From an uncultured Leptospiraceae bacterium (lineage in GTDB: Bacteria > Spirochaetota > Leptospiria > Leptospirales > Leptospiraceae), in NCBI GenBank assembly GCA_964436695.1, contig CAYTEA010000018.1:6044-70043 (forward strand): 64,000 nucleotides of DNA, read 5' to 3'. The notes beneath the pieces were generated by a model, which saw only the letters and a list, made by a program, of their open reading frames with translations, was not told the origin of the DNA and did not search any database. Position 1 is the stretch's first letter. The number at the start of each line of letters is the position of its first letter. The translations under genes and the position numbers were made by a program. Below are positions 58,338 through 64,000 of the stretch, piece after piece.

Positions 58338-60926
58338 ATGGGGAAGGTGCAATCTGAATCAAAGAGGGAGTCATTATTTCCCATATCTGTGAATAGGCAA
58401 TTTTTGCCGTATCTCCTTCTGTTTCTTGGGGTATTTATACTATTTTCACTATTGTCTTTTGAGGAAACCGACAAGGGGATCGATTCGAATGTTTTCGGAA
58501 GAATCGGTTTTTATTTTTCCTACGGAATTTTATTTCTATTTGGAAAGGCTTCCTATGTTCCTGGGCTATTTTTTGTAACCATTGCTTTTCTGCTATTTCA
58601 GAAAAAAGAGGCAGAAATTGTTTCTCGTATGCTTTCCTTGCCTATTTTAATCGTTTCCATTTCGTTGTTTCTGAATTCGATTGAAACGAAAACGGAAAGT
58701 ATTCAGAATGCCGGAGGATTTTTTGGAGATAAGATTTCCTTTATATTAGAATATATTTTCGGCAGAACCGGAAAGATTATTTTTACCTGTCTTTTATTTT
58801 TGTATTCTCTGTTGTATTTATTTAAAGAGTCCCCACTGCATTTACTGGGTGATAACTTTTCAGTTTGGAAAAAGTATTTTCAGGATAGTCTGAGTTCCAA
58901 AAATCGCAAAAATCCCAGTGAAGAAATTCAAGAAATCGTTACTTCAAAGAAAAGATATGAACTACTTCCTTGGTTTCAGGTCGGAAAAAAGATTGAGGAG
59001 GATCCGGTAAATAATTTCAGAGAGGAGAATTTTGAAATAATTTCGGAAGAACTGAATTTGCTAAAAAAGCACAAGGACTTTCCATCAAAGACAATATTTG
59101 ACGGTTTTTTTGAAGATAAAATGGTTTTTAAATTCCAGAAATCTTCTCAGGAACTCGTGGACAAGATGATGGAAATACCCGTCGGGTTGAATCTGGATAG
59201 AGGTGAAGTGGACAGTGTTTACCACTCAAAAGATTTCTCTGAAATTGAGAATTTGCCAAATGACGAAAGAAAAATTCAGGAAAATTTTCCAGAAAAACAA
59301 GAATCAGTTGGGGTAGTTATAACCGGTGAAGAGGAGCCTCTGATTTCCGATTATGAGCCGGAGGTAATGATTTCCGATGTAAAAAACGAAGCAAAAGAAA
59401 ACGAAGTTTTTATAGATGATTCTTTTGAGAGAAAAGGGAAAAATGCGCCGATTTTCGACGATGAACAAAATCTGTCTTTATTCCCGGCTGAGAGCACAAC
59501 TGTTCCCGAAGTCCGGTTGAAAAAAAGTTTTTACAACATTTCCCGAGAGTTGCTATCCACAAACCAGAATTCCGGAAAAGATCCGCTTTTTAAAATGGAA
59601 GCGGAGTTTGTCGCAAAAAAAATCGAAGAGATTATCAAAGAATACGGTTATGATTCAAAGGTTGTGTCCTGGGAGAAGGGGCCGATTATTACAAGGTATG
59701 AACTGACTCCTCCGCCAGGAGTAAAACTCGGCAGGATCACTTCTTTATCCGATGAATTACGCCTTTATCTTGCCGTCAAAAGTATTCGAATTGTAGCGCC
59801 GATTCCCGGAAAATCGACAATTGGTATCGAAGTGCCGAATAAGCACCGGGAAGATATTTTGCTCGGTGATATGATCCGAGAGTCTTCTGCCTTAAAAACT
59901 TCTAAAGACTTAACAATTCCTCTTGGCAAAGATATTTCCGGAAAAAATGTGCTTATCGATTTGAACAAGATGCCTCATCTGCTTGTGGCTGGAACTACCG
60001 GATCTGGAAAGTCAGTAGCCATGAACTCCATGATTTCTTCGTTATTATTCTCCAAGTCTCCGGAAGAAATTCGTTTTTTGATGATCGATCCGAAGATTGT
60101 AGAATTTGCTCCTTACGAAGATGTTCCTCATTTATTAATGCCCGTGATTACTGATCCCCGTAAAGCGACTAAAGCTCTTTTTTGGGCGGTTCAGGAAATG
60201 GAGGCGAGGTATTTTAATGTATCCAACCTGAGATGCAGGGATTTAAAAAGCTATAATGAGAAAGTGGAACTTCCTCAATACAAAAATAAATACAAAAAGA
60301 TGCCATACATTATTATTTTTATCGACGAGCTTTCTGATTTGATGATGGTATCCGGAAAAGAGCTGGAAGATTATATAGTTAGAATTACCCAAAAATCCAG
60401 AGCAGTCGGGATTCATCTGGTGATGGCTACTCAGAGACCCTCCGTAGATGTGATTACTGGATTGATTAAGGCAAACTGTCCTGCAAGAATAGCGTTTCAT
60501 GTTGCCCAAAAAACCGACTCTAAAATAATTCTAGACTACAATGGAGCGGATACTCTTCTCGGAAAGGGAGATATGCTCTATAAATCTCCCACATCGGCTG
60601 ATTTGCAGAGAATTCAAGCGCCTTATGTTACGGAAGAGGAAGTCGAAAAAATAGTAGAAGAATGTAAGAAGTTTGGGAATCCGTCGTATGTAGATATTAG
60701 TCTGGAAGAAGAAGCGCTTTCGGAAGAATTGACTGAAGAAGATGAGGGCCTCTTTGAAGAGGCTTGGGAAATTGTTAGAACAGACAGAAAAGCAAGCGCT
60801 AGTTACCTCCAAAGAAGGTTGAGAATCGGATACAATAAAGCTGCGAGGCTCATGGAGTTGATGGAAGAAAAAGGCTATGTCGGCCCTCAAATTGGTTCAA
60901 AACAACGAGAAATTCTGAAAACCTAG
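58338..60926 (+). CDS. ftsK: DNA translocase FtsK
   Basis: N-terminal TM helices, a long linker, motor-domain Walker A AGTTGSGKS and Walker B IIFIDELSDLM, and a gamma winged-helix (ASYLQRRLRIGYNKAARLMELMEEKGYV). Confidence 0.95.
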   Translation: MGKVQSESKRESLFPISVNRQFLPYLLLFLGVFILFSLLSFEETDKGIDSNVFGRIGFYFSYGILFLFGKASYVPGLFFVTIAFLLFQKKEAEIVSRMLSLPILIVSISLFLNSIETKTESIQNAGGFFGDKISFILEYIFGRTGKIIFTCLLFLYSLLYLFKESPLHLLGDNFSVWKKYFQDSLSSKNRKNPSEEIQEIVTSKKRYELLPWFQVGKKIEEDPVNNFREENFEIISEELNLLKKHKDFPSKTIFDGFFEDKMVFKFQKSSQELVDKMMEIPVGLNLDRGEVDSVYHSKDFSEIENLPNDERKIQENFPEKQESVGVVITGEEEPLISDYEPEVMISDVKNEAKENEVFIDDSFERKGKNAPIFDDEQNLSLFPAESTTVPEVRLKKSFYNISRELLSTNQNSGKDPLFKMEAEFVAKKIEEIIKEYGYDSKVVSWEKGPIITRYELTPPPGVKLGRITSLSDELRLYLAVKSIRIVAPIPGKSTIGIEVPNKHREDILLGDMIRESSALKTSKDLTIPLGKDISGKNVLIDLNKMPHLLVAGTTGSGKSVAMNSMISSLLFSKSPEEIRFLMIDPKIVEFAPYEDVPHLLMPVITDPRKATKALFWAVQEMEARYFNVSNLRCRDLKSYNEKVELPQYKNKYKKMPYIIIFIDELSDLMMVSGKELEDYIVRITQKSRAVGIHLVMATQRPSVDVITGLIKANCPARIAFHVAQKTDSKIILDYNGADTLLGKGDMLYKSPTSADLQRIQAPYVTEEEVEKIVEECKKFGNPSYVDISLEEEALSEELTEEDEGLFEEAWEIVRTDRKASASYLQRRLRIGYNKAARLMELMEEKGYVGPQIGSKQREILKT

Positions 60927-60948
60927 GCTTTTCTGAAAGCCGATTTTT
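60926..60948 (+). terminator. candidate rho-independent terminator after ftsK
   Basis: GGCTTT-tctg-AAAGCC hairpin followed by gaTTTTTaTT. It starts at the last base of the ftsK stop codon. Confidence 0.5.
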
Positions 60949-61052
60949 ATTCCTATTGAACCAAAAACCCAGATTAAAAAAAGTGACAGTTAGCAAGCAT
61001 TTCATAAAATCGTTTAAAATCTGTAAAAATTTCGGAAGAGTTAAATAAAAGT

Positions 61053-61772
61053 ATGGTTTCAAAGATTTTTCCCCAAGCCTTAAAGGTAAGTATTGCCCTG
61101 ATTTTTTTTGTGGGTTCTCCAGTCGTTCCCCAAGCGCACAACTGGAATTCTCCATCGGAGGTTGTAAAAAAAATCAAAAAGAAATTTTCAAATATCAAAA
61201 GCTATACTGCCGAATTCCGAATTTCAACGGTAAATAACAAGAAGACAACTAATCTAAGGGGAAATTGTTTTTATAAGGCTCCAGGAAAAGTTCGCTATGA
61301 TTTTAAAGAGCCGGAAGGAGATGCGATAGTATCCGATGGCAAAACTCTTTGGATTTATATAAAGCGAATCGGAGCCGTTGGAAAACAGGATTTGGAATTA
61401 AAAAAGAATAATTCTTCCGGGCCTATATTTCAGGCTGCATCGGCTGAGGGATTGAACAGGCTTTTTAGAAAGTACCATTATAAATTCGAATCTATCAATC
61501 AGCCGCAGGTCTCACCTAAAGACGGAAAGCCTTATTTCGTTTTGGCTTTGGAGCAACGGGAGAAAATCGGTGGATATGAAAATATGATCCTGTTTGTGGA
61601 TGCGGAGACGTATTTAATTAAAAAAGCAGTCGCGGCAGACGGAAGGGGCAAAGAGTCCACGATGGAATTTACCTCCATTCAATTGGACACGGATATTGAA
61701 GACGGAGTATTCAATTACCATATAAGCGGGAATGCGAAAATTGTAAATAATCCACTTGTAAGCGAGAACTAG
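61053..61772 (+). CDS. LolA-like outer-membrane lipoprotein carrier/sorting protein
   Basis: Signal peptide followed by the LolA-family pattern ([11 protein letters not shown]...[24 protein letters not shown]). Sits in the conserved position after ftsK. Confidence 0.7.
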   Translation: MVSKIFPQALKVSIALIFFVGSPVVPQAHNWNSPSEVVKKIKKKFSNIKSYTAEFRISTVNNKKTTNLRGNCFYKAPGKVRYDFKEPEGDAIVSDGKTLWIYIKRIGAVGKQDLELKKNNSSGPIFQAASAEGLNRLFRKYHYKFESINQPQVSPKDGKPYFVLALEQREKIGGYENMILFVDAETYLIKKAVAADGRGKESTMEFTSIQLDTDIEDGVFNYHISGNAKIVNNPLVSEN

Positions 61773-61774
61773 CA

Positions 61775-62878
61775 ATGGAGCAAAAAAGAGTCGGACAAAT
61801 TTTAAAAGAGGCTAGAGAAGCCAAAAAACTTGCTGTAAGGGATGTTGCCAAAGAAACAAAAATATCGGTAAAATTTATTTTGGCGCTTGAGAATGAAGAT
61901 TATGCGCAATTTCCCGGTGAAACTTTTGCTCTGGGTTTTCTAAGAAACTACTCGGATTATTTAAAGACCGATACTGGTTTCTTAATGAATTTATATAAAG
62001 GGGAAAAAATTGAAGAGTCGCAAGTTCCTCTGGAAGAGCTTACTAAACCGACAATTGCAGGGTTTGGCAATTTTGACAAAATCCGGCTTTTCACTATACT
62101 TGGAGTTGTTGCCGCAATATTCTCCGTTGTTCTGATTTTTAAAGCATTTGAAGGAAACGATTCTTCTCTGGAGGAGGAAGTTACAAACGAAACTTCAAAA
62201 GAAAAAACCGAGCTTCCAAGAGATTTGACCTTTGTTTCCCAATCGGTTCCTGAGAATACCAGTGTGCCTTTTATTTTAACTTCAGAAAGAGGCGTTAGTT
62301 TTAGTGTCAGCAATCAGCAGTGCAATATATTTATTAAGAATGCAAAGGAAAGTTCCGATCCTTCTCAAAATAAGGCAGTCATCGGATTCAATATCGCCTC
62401 GGAAAGAAAGATATATTCTTTTGAAACCAAGGTCGGGGAAGAGACTATTCTAACCAATAACATTTCGGAGCTTTCATCACTAAGAAGAGATATAAGAATA
62501 TTGACACAGGCAGTTACCGGTAAATCGGCAAAGCTTTTAATTACATTGAGCGAAGAGAAAATCGGAACCACAAAAAAACCAGTTGGGGATGTACCGATTC
62601 AGGTTACATTATATTTTTTAAAATCCAGTTACCTGGAATATATTCTGGATGGCCAAATGGGTGAGAGGGGACTAGTTTCTGCAGGAGACATGAAGCAGCT
62701 CGAAGCTAAGGATAGGCTTGAGATAAAGGTCGGAGACGGTGGAGCGGTTGAGATGGTGCAAAACGGAAAAGAAAGAGTAAAACTGGGTAAGCCAGGCAAA
62801 CTTGTGAAAAAAGTCTATTACAAAGCCCCGAGCCTCTACGATAGCACTCAATTTACAATTAAAGAGCTTGGTGAGTAG
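61775..62878 (+). CDS. rodZ: RodZ-like cytoskeleton protein (HTH, TM, DUF4115-like C-terminus)
   Basis: N-terminal XRE-type HTH (GQILKEAREAKKLAVRDVAKETKISVKFILALENEDY), one TM helix (LFTILGVVAAIFSVVLIF) and a beta-rich C-terminal domain. Confidence 0.7.
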   Translation: MEQKRVGQILKEAREAKKLAVRDVAKETKISVKFILALENEDYAQFPGETFALGFLRNYSDYLKTDTGFLMNLYKGEKIEESQVPLEELTKPTIAGFGNFDKIRLFTILGVVAAIFSVVLIFKAFEGNDSSLEEEVTNETSKEKTELPRDLTFVSQSVPENTSVPFILTSERGVSFSVSNQQCNIFIKNAKESSDPSQNKAVIGFNIASERKIYSFETKVGEETILTNNISELSSLRRDIRILTQAVTGKSAKLLITLSEEKIGTTKKPVGDVPIQVTLYFLKSSYLEYILDGQMGERGLVSAGDMKQLEAKDRLEIKVGDGGAVEMVQNGKERVKLGKPGKLVKKVYYKAPSLYDSTQFTIKELGE

Positions 62879-64000
62879 TGAGAAATTTAAAAGTCAGACA
62901 GTCTTCGGTTTCAAAACCTAAAGACCCAAGAAAATCGTTTTATATAACTACGCTCGGGTGCCCGAAGAATACTGCGGATTCCAGAAGTATGAGGGAATCA
63001 TTGATCCGGGAGGGATTTCAACCGGGAAATTCTCCTGAAGAGAGTGATTTCCACCTCATCAATAGTTGCACATTTATCAAAGGCGCAACAAAAGAGACCA
63101 TTGAAACGATTATGGATGCAGGTGAAATAAAGAAGCGGGACAAGAAACAGAAATTAATAGTGGTTGGTTGCTTTGCCGAACGATACCCTGATGAAATAAC
63201 AAAGGAAATTCCGGAGGTGGATTTTGTTTTTGGAACCGGAAATTATGAAAAAGCAGGCTTGTTATTAAGAGAAAAATTTTCCGGAGAACTAGGAAAGTTA
63301 ACGAGATTTACTGATGATGTATTTTCCAGAGAAGATTGGTTTCTCGGCGAAAATCAAAAACCACATGCGTTCGTAAAAATTTCAGATGGTTGCAATCGAG
63401 GGTGTAGCTTTTGCATCATCCCAAAACTCAGAGGAACTTTCCGGGAATCTCCGGAAAGCGAAATTCTAAACGATTGCATGAATATGTTGAGTCATGGCGC
63501 AAGGGAAATTTGTTTGGTCTCTCAGGATTCAGTATTTTATGGAAGAGACACGGATAAGTTAATTGGCCTGGTACAGAAGATCACCGAGCTGGAAAAAATC
63601 CAATTGCTGAGGCTATTGTATCTTTATCCGGATAAAAAAACTGAAAGGCTTTTGGATTTGGTAATCGAAAATAAAAAAATCGCACCATACTTTGAATCCC
63701 CCATTCAGCACGTGTCAGAAAAAATTTTGAAATCGATGAATCGCTCCGGAGGATATTCCTTTTTTAAAGACCTTTTTGCAAAAGCGCGTGAAAGAGATGG
63801 TCTGGAAATTCGAACCTCAATAATTCTGGGATACCCGGGAGAGACATCTCAAGATGTGGACCTGGTGTTAAAGTTTATTGAAGAAGTCAGGCCTGAAAAG
63901 TTGGCTCTATTCGGTTTTTCTCCGGAAGAAAATACCGAGGCATTTGAACTGCCCCGGAATGTTTCCGAAAAGGAAACGAATAACCGGGTCAATCTGGTAA
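62878..64000 (+). CDS. rimO: ribosomal protein S12 methylthiotransferase RimO (3'-partial, runs off right edge)
   Basis: A GTG at 62878 (1-nt overlap with the rodZ-like stop) gives FYITTLGCPKNTADS (UPF0004 domain) and ISDGCNRGCSFCIIP (radical SAM CxxxCxxC). It is absent from the ORF track because it has no stop in the window. Confidence 0.85.
   Translation, partial: MRNLKVRQSSVSKPKDPRKSFYITTLGCPKNTADSRSMRESLIREGFQPGNSPEESDFHLINSCTFIKGATKETIETIMDAGEIKKRDKKQKLIVVGCFAERYPDEITKEIPEVDFVFGTGNYEKAGLLLREKFSGELGKLTRFTDDVFSREDWFLGENQKPHAFVKISDGCNRGCSFCIIPKLRGTFRESPESEILNDCMNMLSHGAREICLVSQDSVFYGRDTDKLIGLVQKITELEKIQLLRLLYLYPDKKTERLLDLVIENKKIAPYFESPIQHVSEKILKSMNRSGGYSFFKDLFAKARERDGLEIRTSIILGYPGETSQDVDLVLKFIEEVRPEKLALFGFSPEENTEAFELPRNVSEKETNNRVNLV

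Overview
AT-rich, densely coding bacterial chromosomal segment. Gene content and loose spirochaete-type lipoboxes suggest a Leptospiraceae-like spirochete; this is an inference, since no rRNA is present to confirm it. Most of the window is housekeeping. The right third carries the conserved block rimP-nusA-infB-rbfA-truB-rpsO-pnp-M16 peptidase-dut-ftsK-lolA-like-rodZ-like-rimO. The middle carries proB-proA-nadD, nnr, yqeK-LCP-rsfS, pepP, a GT9 heptosyltransferase and a thiolase-like gene. The left part carries cysS-rlmB, folD, pabB, nagZ and namZ, plus an anaerobic-metabolism module: FNR-like regulator, pyruvate:ferredoxin oxidoreductase, a translationally coupled DHOD-like flavoprotein and a PPi-dependent phosphofructokinase. 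Two tRNAs are present, Phe-GAA (minus strand) and Leu-UAG (plus strand). I saw no rRNA, CRISPR array or intact IS/transposase. I found no convincing multi-gene novel system. Points worth a second look: (1) a degenerate, hairpin-expanded tRNA-Leu-like sequence in the ORF-free gap after tRNA-Leu; (2) a small accessory islet (about 28.8-30.7 kb) with a VapBC-type toxin-antitoxin pair and a frameshifted retropepsin-like protease that keeps a near-consensus promoter; (3) a plus-strand phosphorelay cassette (hybrid HK with a 1-nt frameshift inside its receiver domain, Hpt, REC-HATPase) wedged between nadD and yqeK; (4) a radical-SAM-like protein with a non-canonical C-x8-C-x2-C motif next to a double-CDGSH Fe-S protein; (5) active-site substitutions visible by eye in the DHOD-like and thiolase-like proteins. 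All functional calls come from reading motifs in the supplied translations. No database search was run.
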